DNA of 64,000 nucleotides from Microcoleus sp. (GTDB lineage Bacteria > Cyanobacteriota > Cyanobacteriia > Cyanobacteriales > Microcoleaceae): contig CP181291.1 of the NCBI GenBank assembly GCA_052279835.1, positions 1,568,001 through 1,632,000 of the forward strand. Reading direction: 5' to 3'. Positions 55,181 through 64,000 of this stretch are shown here, piece after piece; position 1 is the first letter of the stretch, and each line of letters starts with the position of its first letter. The notes beneath the pieces are model-generated. The model saw nothing but the letters and a program-made list of their open reading frames with translations, had not been told where the DNA came from and searched no databases. Made by a program: the position numbers and the translations under genes.

Positions 55181-55792
55181 TTAGTTACGAATCAAGCGGG
55201 GGCGATCTTTTTGGTCGGTATACAAACCTTTAACTGGATCGGATTCATTACCGATAAAAACTAAATTTTTCTTCAGTTCAGCACTTAGGTCATCGGCGCA
55301 TCCACCGCAAGCCGTTCCAGAACAACCACATTGACAACTGCCACCACCGCAATCTGCTGCTGTACCCATTTTTGCTGGATCAATATTGAAGTGTTCTAAC
55401 AAAAGTGATCGAGAGTTTTCAAAGGCAGCTTGCAAGTTACGAGCATCTTCCTCTCCTCGCAGACCAAAGTAGGGAAAGTGATGAAAGAACATACCAAATA
55501 AAAACTGACAATCAGCTTCGTATTTAACTGTGTCTAAAATGTGAGCGTGCCATACCTTATCTAGATCCTTCGTGGGAACAATGGGGATATGTGGATACAT
55601 CCCATTAAGTACCAAGAAAGCACGATATAGCTCAATCATATTGTCAGTTTTTTCGATAGACCAGCCGTTACCATCTTCTGGATTAACTAACTTATAGGCA
55701 ATAGGTTCAAAATCAATTTCCCAAGCCTTTTGTTTCAGTTTGCCAATTTCTTCAGTAGTTGGAAAGTAATTTTTGACTGCATCACGTAACAT
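55181..55792 (-). CDS. Glycine-rich-domain-like (GRDP/DUF1399-like) protein with Cys/Gly-rich segment
   Basis: YRAFL, VP..DLDKVWHAHILDT..Y..DC..FG.FFHHFP; DCGGGSCQCGCSGTACGGC. Confidence 0.7.
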   Translation of the reverse strand: MLRDAVKNYFPTTEEIGKLKQKAWEIDFEPIAYKLVNPEDGNGWSIEKTDNMIELYRAFLVLNGMYPHIPIVPTKDLDKVWHAHILDTVKYEADCQFLFGMFFHHFPYFGLRGEEDARNLQAAFENSRSLLLEHFNIDPAKMGTAADCGGGSCQCGCSGTACGGCADDLSAELKKNLVFIGNESDPVKGLYTDQKDRPRLIRN

Positions 55793-56058
55793 GATTTTTT
55801 ACCCCATTTAAAAGTTGTGTGCAAGACCATCTACAAAAATATTGCTGCAAATACCAAGTTTTGTCGTCGGGAGAAAAGGGAGTTAAGAACGGACTTAAGG
55901 TTTTCCGGCAAAATCCTGTAAAGCCAGAGCCAGAGAGACTTTATTCGATCGAAGATTTAGACACTAAAGTTCTTAACTGCCTTAAAATTAAAAAAAAGCT
56001 GCTATCTACCGCAAGGCAGACCTAAATTTATCAATCCTGAGTTAAGACGCACAAATAC

Positions 56059-58482
56059 ATGACTCAACACAAGGCAAGACGCGATCGCGGTCGCATATTA
56101 ACTGACAAAGGATGGAAGAAAATCTACGATGCTATCAAAGAAAAATTTCCAGACGGACATACATTCCAAGCTATATCCGATCTAACCGATCCCGCTATAC
56201 ATCAAGAGTCGGTATATTCTGTATCTTGTGATACTGTTTCTAATATATTGAATCGACGGGCTGGGGCTGACAAAGTGAGGATTGAAAGTCTTTTTAAAGC
56301 CTTTGGGCTAAATCTAGACGCGAATGACCATGCTTCGGTCAAAACTCATACGTTGTTAATGTCAAACTCGGATTTTGTAGATGCTGAAGGGTCGATCGCA
56401 CATCCCTCAATACCAAACCAGAATTTTGTGGGACGCGATCGCGCGATCGCCTCCCTCAACACCCATATCAACCAAGGCGCAAAAATCATCGTCATCCAAG
56501 CTAACGGCGGTGTCGGCAAAACCACATTGGCCCACGAATATCTCAACTCTCAGGGTTTTGACTTAGTGCTAGACCTCCCAATGGCCAAGGAAAAAGAGAA
56601 CATCCAACTTGTCGATAGTGTAATTGAAGGATGGCTGAAACAGGACTTTGATGAAGAACCAGGGCGAGAGTTTTGGGAGATGTTGCGGCGGCTAAAACGG
56701 CAACTTCAAACTCGCAAAATAGGCGTGTTAATTGATAACTTAGAACCGGCACTAGATGGACAAGGCAGATTTATTGAACCCCATCGCCGCTATGTTGAAT
56801 TATTGCGAGTTTTGGCTGATCCAACAGTGCAGTCTGTGACGCTGATAACCAGCCGCTTTCGTCTGTGCGAATCAGATGTAAATGTTGCTCACTATTTATT
56901 GCCCGGATTGGATGAGCAAGCGTGGCAGCAATTTTTTATGAGTCGCCATATTGATATAGATATTCCCACACTGAACGCGATGAACAAAGCCTATGGAGGA
57001 AATGCGAAAGCAATGGGTATCCTCTGCGGTGCAATTCTAGAAGATTTTGATGGAGATATGGTAGCTTATTGGCGGAATAATAGTGGCGATCTGTTGGTTA
57101 AAGCTGATTTAGAAAACTTAGTAACCAGTCAGTTCGATCGCCTGCAAGAACTTAACTCAGAAGCCTATCAACTCCTCTGCCGTTTGGGATGCTATCGCTA
57201 TCAGGATGTGCTGACTGTCCCGACTGAAGGATTGTTGTGTTTGTTGTGGAGTGTGCCAGAAGGACAGCGCAGACGGGTGATTGAATCTTTGCGAAATCGC
57301 TCTTTGGTAGAGTTTAATAATGGAGAATATTGGTTGCATCCGATGATTCGGGCAGAGGCGATCGCGCGGCTGAGAGCAAGTGAAGATTGGGAAGAGGCGA
57401 ATCGCAAAGCAGCAGAGTTTTGGACGGATAGTGTTAAGACGGTTGAAACGATAGAAGATGCTTTGAAAGCTTTTGAGGCTTACTATCACTATGTAGAAAT
57501 TAATGATTTTGAGCAAGCTGGTTATGTAATTGAGACCAGGAGAGATAGCAGCAGTTGGAGAAGCGGAGAATCTCTGGGAATGTCATTTTATAGGTTGGGT
57601 TTGTTACAACCAATGATTTACTCAATTAACTCAATTCTTAGCCAAGTTAAAAAGGATTGTATACTGAGCGAACTGTATAATACTTTAGGGGATTTATACT
57701 GGCTAACTGGAGGTATAAATGCAGCCATACAATGTCATAATTTATCATTTAAAGCAGCGGAATGTACTCTTTTATCTATTAATTTAAGCCCTTTAAATAT
57801 ATTTTATGCAAAAAGGCTTAAAACTGCGTTTTTAGTTAATACAGGGCTTTGTAAAATTGACTTGTGGGAACTTGAAGAAGCTGTGAGGTTTTTTCAAAAG
57901 ATAGAATTTATTTGTAATAATCATAAGGATTCAGAAAATGGTTTATATGAAAATGAAAAAGTCTATTTATATTGTTTAGCATTTTTGAACTCATGTTTGG
58001 GCTTTAAAGATATCGCTATGAGTTATGCAAAACAATCTGAAGTAGTCATTTATAGAATAGATTATAGTTTTTGGAGTCAAGGATATAGCTTATTGTTTAT
58101 GGGTCTAACCTATAAAAATTTAGGAGAACTTGACAAATCTTTTGAAATGTTCCGCCAAGCGATCGCATTTGCCGAAAAAAGTCACTACACTCAAGTTAAG
58201 GCTAAAGCTTTAAGTGGTATGGCAGAGCTTTATCGAGAACAATCCGATTTTACAACAGCGCTTTCCCATCATTCAGAATCGATCGCACTTCTAGACAAAA
58301 TCGGCGCAAAATGCGATCTAGCCGAGGCTCATTATCAACTTGCCTTAACTCACCAAAAGATGGGTGATGCCGAAAAGAGTCAGACTTCGTTTCAAGAGGC
58401 GATTCGACTCTTCACTGAAATGGAAGCACCGAAGCAAGTTGAGAAAGTCCGAAAGGCCATAGGTAAGAGCGATGAAGTTTAG
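56059..58482 (+). CDS. STAND/NB-ARC NTPase with N-terminal HTH-like region and C-terminal TPRs
   Basis: NFVGR, GGVGKTTLA, LIDNLE, LITSR, LHPMIR, TPR tail. Confidence 0.85.
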   Translation: MTQHKARRDRGRILTDKGWKKIYDAIKEKFPDGHTFQAISDLTDPAIHQESVYSVSCDTVSNILNRRAGADKVRIESLFKAFGLNLDANDHASVKTHTLLMSNSDFVDAEGSIAHPSIPNQNFVGRDRAIASLNTHINQGAKIIVIQANGGVGKTTLAHEYLNSQGFDLVLDLPMAKEKENIQLVDSVIEGWLKQDFDEEPGREFWEMLRRLKRQLQTRKIGVLIDNLEPALDGQGRFIEPHRRYVELLRVLADPTVQSVTLITSRFRLCESDVNVAHYLLPGLDEQAWQQFFMSRHIDIDIPTLNAMNKAYGGNAKAMGILCGAILEDFDGDMVAYWRNNSGDLLVKADLENLVTSQFDRLQELNSEAYQLLCRLGCYRYQDVLTVPTEGLLCLLWSVPEGQRRRVIESLRNRSLVEFNNGEYWLHPMIRAEAIARLRASEDWEEANRKAAEFWTDSVKTVETIEDALKAFEAYYHYVEINDFEQAGYVIETRRDSSSWRSGESLGMSFYRLGLLQPMIYSINSILSQVKKDCILSELYNTLGDLYWLTGGINAAIQCHNLSFKAAECTLLSINLSPLNIFYAKRLKTAFLVNTGLCKIDLWELEEAVRFFQKIEFICNNHKDSENGLYENEKVYLYCLAFLNSCLGFKDIAMSYAKQSEVVIYRIDYSFWSQGYSLLFMGLTYKNLGELDKSFEMFRQAIAFAEKSHYTQVKAKALSGMAELYREQSDFTTALSHHSESIALLDKIGAKCDLAEAHYQLALTHQKMGDAEKSQTSFQEAIRLFTEMEAPKQVEKVRKAIGKSDEV

Positions 58483-58686
58483 TTTGGGAAAGATAAATCA
58501 ATAAGGTTAAGTTAAGCTCGATCCCCCAGAACCCACCCCCAGCCCCTCCTCGGAGGGGAGCAAGAGGGGGGGACAGGAATCTTCTCAAAGTCCCCCTTCT
58601 TAAGGGGGATTTAGGGGGATCTAGACTCAGGTAAAAACGAGATTTATCCAGGATTTTACGATTAGTTGACACCACTGGGTAATGCC

Positions 58687-58883
58687 CATTGGTGTCAACT
58701 TAAGGTCAAACCCAGTCAGAGACTGTTGTTTGACTATTAAATCTAGATCCCCCCTAGCCCCCCTTAAGAAGGGGGGGACAGGAATCTTCTCAAAGTCCCC
58801 CTTTTTAAGGGGGATTTAGGGGGATCTAGACTTAGGTAAAAGCAAGAGATACCAAGGGTTTCAAGCTTAAGTTGACACCTATG
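58687..58883. mobile_element. MITE of the 28774 family with 9-bp target duplication (partial copy immediately upstream, ~58505-58677)
   Basis: CATTGGTGTCAACTTAAG...CTTAAGTTGACACCTATG flanked by GGTAATGCC. Confidence 0.85.
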
Positions 58884-58898
58884 GGTAATGCCGTGTCC

Positions 58899-59618
58899 CT
58901 ACTCACCCAAAGCCTGCCGCTGAGCCTCCAACAATTCCTGAATCCCGATTTCTGCCAAATCCAAAATTTGATTCAACTGACTCCGACTAAAACTTCCCTC
59001 TTCCGCAGTTCCCTGAATTTCAATGATATTCAAATCCCCATTCATCACCACATTACAATCAATTTCCGCCGCCACATCTTCCACATAATTCAAATCTAAA
59101 AACAATTCTCCTTCCAAAAGTCCCACAGACACCGCCGCCACTTGACGCACAAGGGGCGATCGCCCTAAATCACCTTTTTGCACCAACTTATTCAAAGCAT
59201 CAGCCACAGCCACAAACGCGCCATTAATAGAAGTCGTGCGAGTCCCCGCATCCGCTTGCAAAACATCAGCATCGACAAGAATGGTTCGCTCTCCTAATAG
59301 TTCCATATCCAAGCACGATCGCAAACTCCGCCCGATCAACCGCTGAATCTCTTGAGTGCGCCCCGATAACTTCATAAATTCCCGCTCTTGTCGCTGCGGC
59401 GTAGAGCCTGGTAACATTCGATACTCCGCAGTCAGCCAACCTTTCCCGGTATTCTCCAGAAACCTCGGCACTCCCGGCTTGATGGTAACGCTGCACAGTA
59501 CCTGAGTATCACCACTTTTTGCGAGCACAGAACCGCTGGCAAATTTGGTAAATTCGCGATCGAAACTAATCGGACGAAGTTGATTTGGCTGTCTGCCATC
59601 GGCACGTTTTATGGACAT
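58899..59618 (-). CDS. rph: Ribonuclease PH
   Basis: [47 protein letters not shown] 59618. Confidence 0.95.
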   Translation of the reverse strand: MSIKRADGRQPNQLRPISFDREFTKFASGSVLAKSGDTQVLCSVTIKPGVPRFLENTGKGWLTAEYRMLPGSTPQRQEREFMKLSGRTQEIQRLIGRSLRSCLDMELLGERTILVDADVLQADAGTRTTSINGAFVAVADALNKLVQKGDLGRSPLVRQVAAVSVGLLEGELFLDLNYVEDVAAEIDCNVVMNGDLNIIEIQGTAEEGSFSRSQLNQILDLAEIGIQELLEAQRQALGE

Positions 59619-59624
59619 AAGTAA

Positions 59625-59680
59625 TTGGGAATGGGGAATGGGGAATGGGGAATGGGGAATGGGGAATGGGGAATGGGGAA
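59625..59680. repeat. STRR (GGGAATG)n
   Basis: About eight tandem heptamers. Confidence 0.9.
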
Positions 59681-59898
59681 TTGGTGTCAACTTAACTTCT
59701 AACCCTGTCACAGACTGCTGTTTAACTATTAAACTTAGATCCCCCCGACGCCAAGAGGGCGGGCACGGGGGCACCGCCCCTACAAGGGGGGGACAGGAAT
59801 CTTCTCAAAGTCCCCCTTCTTAAGGGGGATTTAGGGGGATCGGGACTGGGGTAAAAACGAGATTTATCCAGGATTTTACGATTAATTTGACACCAATG
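59680..59898. mobile_element. MITE of the 28774 family
   Basis: ATTGGTGTCAACTTAA...TTGACACCAATG with the same internal blocks. Confidence 0.75.
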
Positions 59899-59941
59899 GG
59901 TATAGGGCATTGGTAATTGGTATTTGACTAACTATTAACAA

Positions 59942-60493
59942 CTAATTATTAACAATTTTAAGAATATCCTGCTGCACTTGTTCGGGAGATTGATCGCCGT
60001 TGATAATTAACAGCTTGTTCCGATGTTCGTAATAATCTAAAATCGGGAGGGTTTGCTCCTCGAACAAATCGAGCCGGCGCTGTAAAATTTCTGGACTATC
60101 GTCCGATCGCGATCGCTCGCTCGATCGACTCAACAACACCTCAGTCGGAACCTTCAACCAAATCGCCCAATCTAGCTCTTGTGCCAAATCCGAGAGCAAA
60201 AAATCCAACTCCTCAGCTTGAAAAGCCGTGCGCGGATAGCCCTCCAACACCCAGCCATTAAAGACATCCCACAGCAGCAGTCTCTGGCGAAAGAATTGAA
60301 TCATCGTCGCGTCGGGAACTAATTCCCCTCTTTCGACATAAGACACGGCCAACTTGCCCAAATCTGTGTCTTCTGCGATCGCCTCCCGCAGAATATCCCC
60401 CACAGCCAGTAAAGGAATGCTCAAATTGTTGCACAGTTGTTGTGCCTGAGTTCCCTTGCCTGCTCCTGGCCCTCCCAAAATTACTAATCTCAC
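59942..60493 (-). CDS. adk: Adenylate kinase
   Basis: GGPGAGKGTQA, GELVPD, EGYPRT, RSDD. Confidence 0.9.
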   Translation of the reverse strand: MRLVILGGPGAGKGTQAQQLCNNLSIPLLAVGDILREAIAEDTDLGKLAVSYVERGELVPDATMIQFFRQRLLLWDVFNGWVLEGYPRTAFQAEELDFLLSDLAQELDWAIWLKVPTEVLLSRSSERSRSDDSPEILQRRLDLFEEQTLPILDYYEHRNKLLIINGDQSPEQVQQDILKIVNN

Positions 60494-60718
60494 TGTCCCC
60501 TGCTCCTACCGCCGCGACATTCAAAGTTTACCTGTTCTGGAGATATCTGGCGCAAAATGGCTGCGATCGCCACTGTCGCTAGCTTTCGATAACTGGTATA
60601 TCTAGTGTGTGATCGGATGCGCGATCGGCCAAGTACACTATATATTGTTACGAAGGCTTCCGCCTCATCAAGGTCGAAGCCACCCTCAAGACTTAGTAGT
60701 TGATTAGATTATTGCCCT

Positions 60719-61256
60719 ATGGTTGCCCAGTTAAAAACCCCTAACCTCAATTTAACCCACAGCTTGCCCTACACTGTTGAAGGGCTGGTGCAAGTCTTTA
60801 CAGGCCCGCACCGCTGCTTTTTTACAACTGTGATGGCTCAGGCGCTACGAATTGCAGGGACAGGGAACTGCGGTGCTAGCGGTGCAGTTCCTCAAAGGGG
60901 GAATTAATCAAGGACACCAGCATCCGATGCGGCTGGGGCAGAATTTAGATTGGGTGCGGTGCGATTTGCCACGCTGTATTGATAATGCTGATTTAGATGA
61001 GTTGGAACTAGGTGCGATCGCCCAATTGTGGCAATACGTTCAAGAAGTTGTCCGCGAAGGCCGTTATGCCCTAGTCATTCTCGATGAGTTGAGTCTCGCG
61101 GTTAATTTGGGTTTAATTCCCGAAGCAGAAGTGCTCGCATTAATTGACAATAAGCCCCATCATTTAGATTTGATTTTTACCGGCCCATCCATGCCCCAAA
61201 AAATCTTGGATATTGCCGACCAAATTACAGAAATTCGCCGCACTCAAGGACATTGA
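60719..61256 (+). CDS. Cob(I)alamin adenosyltransferase-like P-loop protein, +1 frameshift at ~60857
   Basis: GLVQVFTG...AQALRIAG / QG..VL.VQFLKGG, LVILDEL, ADQITE; removing one G from GCAGGGACAG joins the two ORFs. Confidence 0.75.
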
Positions 61257-61280
61257 TTTCAGTTGCGATATCCATAAAAA

Positions 61281-61375
61281 CTGTTGACTGTTAACTGTTA
61301 ACTGTTAACTGTTAACTGTTAACTGTTGACTGTTGACTGTTGGCTGTTGGCTGTTGACTGTTAACTGTTGACTGC
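61281..61375. repeat. STRR (CTGTTAA/CTGTTGA)n
   Basis: About 13 tandem heptamers. Confidence 0.9.
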
Positions 61376-61406
61376 TAACCATGATTCTGGTACAACGGGA
61401 ATTGAT

Positions 61407-62315
61407 ATGAATCTCCCCAAACAAATACCGAATTGGTCGATCGCACCAATCTTAATAATCGGCATTTTAGCCGTCTCAACATCCTCAATTCTGATTAGAC
61501 TGGCGAACGGTTCAGCAAACAGTGGTGGCCTCGGTTTCAGCTTGGTACTCGCGGCCTCCCGCCTCAGTTTATCAGCCTTAATTCTGCTTCCCGCTTGGTC
61601 AAAAGTTCAGTGGAACCGACTGCAACCGGGAGCTCGGCGCTACGGGGCCGCTGCTGGTTTGTGCCTCGCCCTGCACTTTGCTCTGTGGATTACCTCACTT
61701 TCCTATACTTCGATCGCAGCTTCCACCGCCCTAGTCACCACAAATCCCGTGTGGGTAGCGCTGTTGTCGCGGTTCTGGTTTGGCGAAAAACTGAGTAAAT
61801 TGTCGGTAGCGGGCATTGCAGTGGCTCTGGGAGGGACGATCGCGATCGCCCTAGGTAGTGCAGGTGGCGGCGGTGATGGTAGCAGCATCATGTTGGGTAA
61901 CTTCCTTGCCCTGGCTGGTTCCTGGGCTGTCAGCCTGTATTTGCTTTGTGGGAGGGAAGCTCAACGGCGGGGACTGGGAATTGGTGGCTATGTGGCGATC
62001 GCCTATACTGTAGCTGCGATCGTCCTTTTGCCTCTGCCCCTAGTCTTCCAAACCACTTATACAGGCTATCCGCACATTGTATATGTTTACATTTTATTAA
62101 CCGCAGCCTTGCCTCAATTAGTCGGCCACACAATTTTGAATTGGGCCGTGGTGCGGGTATCGCCGACTTTGGTAAGTCTGGCTATTTTGTTTGAACCTGT
62201 GGGGGCTAGTTGTTTGGGTTATTTGATATTTGGGGAAGTGCCGGGGCTGTCGGTATTGATTGGTGCTGGGGTATTGTTGTTCGGAGTGGCGATCGGCATT
62301 TTTGGAGCAAAATAG
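61407..62315 (+). CDS. DMT/EamA family transporter
   Basis: About ten TM helices, TTNPVWV...FGEK, FEPV...FGE. Confidence 0.9.
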   Translation: MNLPKQIPNWSIAPILIIGILAVSTSSILIRLANGSANSGGLGFSLVLAASRLSLSALILLPAWSKVQWNRLQPGARRYGAAAGLCLALHFALWITSLSYTSIAASTALVTTNPVWVALLSRFWFGEKLSKLSVAGIAVALGGTIAIALGSAGGGGDGSSIMLGNFLALAGSWAVSLYLLCGREAQRRGLGIGGYVAIAYTVAAIVLLPLPLVFQTTYTGYPHIVYVYILLTAALPQLVGHTILNWAVVRVSPTLVSLAILFEPVGASCLGYLIFGEVPGLSVLIGAGVLLFGVAIGIFGAK

Positions 62316-62410
62316 TTAAGAAAGTCCTCTAGGTGAAAAATCCAAATATCTGTTAAAGTGACTGGCTGTAATGACAAAATGTAGTTACAATATTTAGTGA
62401 CAATCAAGGT

Positions 62411-62686
62411 ATGGAATTTGAATGGGATGAGACTAAACGTCTTACCAACCTTAGCAAACATGGGATTGACTTGATCGACGTTCCATTAGTTTTTGATGGA
62501 GAAATCCTGACGGTCGAGGATGAACGATTTAGTTATGGGGAGCAAAGGTTTGTGACTTTTGGTTTGTTGCAAGGGCGAGTAGTCGCTATTGTCCATACAG
62601 AACGAGAGGATATTACCCGCATTATTTCTGCTAGAAAAGCAAACAAATATGAACAACGAATTTACTTCGAGCAAATCTCAAACTGA
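62411..62686 (+). CDS. brnT: BrnT family toxin
   Basis: MEFEWDETK...KHGID...RIISARKA. Confidence 0.92.
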   Translation: MEFEWDETKRLTNLSKHGIDLIDVPLVFDGEILTVEDERFSYGEQRFVTFGLLQGRVVAIVHTEREDITRIISARKANKYEQRIYFEQISN

Positions 62687-62925
62687 CTGGGAACGTCTAG
62701 ATGCCATGACTGATGAAGATATTGATTTCTCTGATTGCCCTGAAATTACACCTGAAATGTTCGCTAAAGCCGTAGTTAGGCGAGGTTTGCCCAACCCTAA
62801 GACTAAAGCTCAAGTGACCTTACGCATTGATAGTGATGTTTTGGAGTGGTTTAAATCTCAAGGGTCGTGGTTATCAGACCCAGATCAACGCTTTACTGCG
62901 AGAATACATGAAAGCCCATCAATAG
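62649..62925 (+). CDS. brnA: BrnA antitoxin, +1 frameshift at ~62862
   Basis: TDWERL, DCPEIT, VTLRIDSDVLEWFKSQ; removing one G restores GRGYQTQINALLREYM. Confidence 0.8.
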
Positions 62926-63000
62926 TGAAATACTGTATCTGCTTTATGAGAGAATAGAAAATTAAAATGAGGTCTTGCAAACGAAGACTTTAATTATGAA

Positions 63001-63894
63001 ATGAGAACAGTAGATTTATTTGCAGGCTGTGGAGGCCTATCACTGGGATTTCAAAATGCTGGATTCAATATAGTGGCAGCTTTTGACTACTGGCTTCCAG
63101 CTATTCAAGTATATAAAGAAAACTTCCAACATCCGATATTTGAGAAAGACCTATCACAATCAGATGTCTGTTCATTTATCAGTGATTTCAATCCAGATAT
63201 CATTATTGGTGGGCCTCCATGCCAAGATTTTTCCAGCGCAGGCAAAAGAGATGAGAATCTTGGGAGAGCAGATTTATCCTTAGCCTTTGCCAAGATTATT
63301 ACTAGCATTAAGCCTAGATGGTTTGTCATGGAGAACGTTGCCAGAATTCAAAAGAGCCTAATTTTAGAGGAAGTTTTAGAAACATTTAGAACCAGTGGCT
63401 ACGGTTTAAGTTCTTCCGTTTTGAATGCTAGCTATTGTGGAGTTCCACAAGCTAGAAAACGATACTTTTTGATTGGTCAGTTGGATGGAGAAGATGGTAT
63501 TCTGAGTTCTTATCTAACAAAACATCAGTCTAAAACTCCTATGAATGTTTTTGAATATTTAGGTGATGATTTAGGTATTGAGTATTTTTATCGGCATCCG
63601 AGAAGCTATAAGAGAAGGGCAGTTTTCAGCATTCATGAACCTAGCCCGACAATTCGAGGTGTTAATCGTCCAATTCCCAAGACATACAAGAAGCATGAAG
63701 GAGATTTATGCGATATTGATGAGAGGTTACGCCCTTTGACGACTATTGAAAGGAGTTATATTCAAACATTTCCCAAAACGTTTAAGTTTCAGGGAAATAA
63801 GTCAGATTTAGAACAAATGATTGGTAATGCTGTTCCTGTGAAGCTGGCTGAGTATGTGGCTAGTTGTATCCTTGAATATATTCAACAGGACTAA
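63001..63894 (+). CDS. DNA (cytosine-5)-methyltransferase
   Basis: DLFAGCGG, GGPPCQ, MENV, VPQARKR, IGNAVP. Confidence 0.95.
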   Translation: MRTVDLFAGCGGLSLGFQNAGFNIVAAFDYWLPAIQVYKENFQHPIFEKDLSQSDVCSFISDFNPDIIIGGPPCQDFSSAGKRDENLGRADLSLAFAKIITSIKPRWFVMENVARIQKSLILEEVLETFRTSGYGLSSSVLNASYCGVPQARKRYFLIGQLDGEDGILSSYLTKHQSKTPMNVFEYLGDDLGIEYFYRHPRSYKRRAVFSIHEPSPTIRGVNRPIPKTYKKHEGDLCDIDERLRPLTTIERSYIQTFPKTFKFQGNKSDLEQMIGNAVPVKLAEYVASCILEYIQQD

Positions 63895-64000
63895 GGCAAA
63901 AGAAACCGGGGTTTCTATCAAAAATCGTTGCTTTTTTTGTCTCTCATCAAACACTAGCAAATTCCGTCAAAGGTCTTTTGCTAGGATGATGAAACCCCAA

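Noticed and set aside
59619..59774. N-terminal extension of RNase PH; similar extensions on potB, serA, the protease and the DMT gene
   Set aside because: Extensions run through STRR/MITE or non-conserved sequence; downstream ATGs match family starts
59625..61375. Regular short repeats (also at 1047, 17352, 26300, 49760) as a possible CRISPR array
   Set aside because: Contiguous 7-mers without unique spacers; these are cyanobacterial STRRs, and no cas genes are present

Overview
Chromosomal window from a filamentous cyanobacterium (Oscillatoriales/Microcoleus-like, inferred from frequent HIP1 GCGATCGC octamers, STRR heptamer repeats and photosynthesis genes psbX, psb34, ndhQ, hli, ycf66). 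Housekeeping genes (potBCDA, thiG, hemY, accC, serA, prmA, fabG, proA-like, rph, adk, tRNA-Leu, tRNA-Gly) alternate with accessory blocks. The most notable block is a 13 kb locus at about 30.0-43.2 kb that is organised like a polymorphic toxin system. It has a ~1.9 kaa multidomain protein (beta-propeller, GFSRG alpha/beta-hydrolase-like domain, C-terminal NucA-type nuclease), two orphan 5'-truncated C-terminal modules and five pentapeptide-repeat genes plus one stub in the positions where immunity genes normally lie. The pentapeptide proteins are candidate DNA-mimic nuclease inhibitors, which is inference. Other notable items: a TPR-CHAT protease / small protein / membrane protein module after tRNA-Leu, a phased DnaA-box-like array, a tnpB element truncated at a MITE, several MITE families, a divergent STAND-TPR / Cys-tailed protein / CHAP module, two TA pairs and a C5 DNA methyltransferase. 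Four +1 frameshifts at homopolymers suggest possible assembly errors. All calls are by eye; no searches were run.
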